Shown here: in pieces, positions 37,270-37,707 of the stretch | How positions within the stretch are numbered: position 1 is the first letter of the stretch | How the letters are laid out: each line of letters starts with the position of its first letter | Origin: Octopus sinensis | Taxonomy: Eukaryota | Reading direction: 5' to 3' | Assembly (NCBI RefSeq): GCF_006345805.1 | Contig: NW_021835874.1 | Location: 1 to 37,707, forward strand | Length of the DNA stretch: 37,707 nucleotides | Made by a program: the position numbers and the translations under genes | The notes under the pieces: model-generated | Told to the model about the DNA's origin: nothing | Database searches by the model: none | Seen by the model: only the letters and a program-made list of their open reading frames with translations

Positions 37270-37655
37270 TTGGCTGTATGATAAGAAGTTTGCTTCTCAA
37301 CCACATGGTTCCAGGCTCAGTGCCACTGCGTATTACCTTGAGCAAGTGTCTTCTACTATACCCTCAGGGAGACCAAAACCTTGTGAGTCGATTTGGTAGA
37401 CGGAAACTGAAAGAAACCCGTCGTATATAGTATATATATATATATATATATATATTGTGTTATATATATATATATTGTACCATACCGCTGGACATCTGGT
37501 GCTGGTATGTTTACGTCTACGTTACTTAGTGGTTAGGCAAGAGGTATCAATAGAATAAGTACCAGGCTTTAAAAAGTACGGGGCTGATACATACGACTAA
37601 AAGTTCTTCAAGGCGGCACCCCAGCATGGCCGTAGTCTAATAACTGAAAGATAAA
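37270..37655 (+). mobile_element. Diverged SINE family A
   Basis: aaccacatggttccaggctcagtgccactgcg...ccttgagcaagtgtcttctac...ttggtagacggaaactgaaag...ccagcatggcc. Confidence 0.8.
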
Positions 37656-37707
37656 AAGTATGTGTGTATGAATATGTGTGTGTGTGTGTGTGTTTGTGTA
37701 TAGATAG

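Overview
Eukaryotic, AT-rich, microsatellite-saturated genomic DNA. The repeat landscape looks like a coleoid cephalopod, probably Octopus (inferred from SINE architecture and microsatellite load, not from a database search). No intact host protein-coding gene can be supported; nearly all ORF-track entries are translations of simple repeats. The interpretable coding remnants are all decayed transposons: two R4/Dong-type RLE non-LTR elements, one L1/Tx1-type LINE, one mariner transposase and one Penelope-like (Naiad-type) reverse transcriptase. About 25 tRNA-derived SINE copies fall into four head types (working labels A-D), with heads and tails recombined. There is also a non-autonomous Helitron nested in a SINE and a (TAA)n-associated non-coding element. 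The most unusual locus (17.2-18.1 kb) has a Pol III tRNA-like head, an (AAT)n linker and a minimal hammerhead-ribozyme (HHR) domain, plus an inverted headless copy. Unique islands carry transcription-factor motif clusters, including an exact Sox-Oct composite. Repeat boundaries are read by eye and are good to about 10-20 bp unless a TSD or terminus is quoted.
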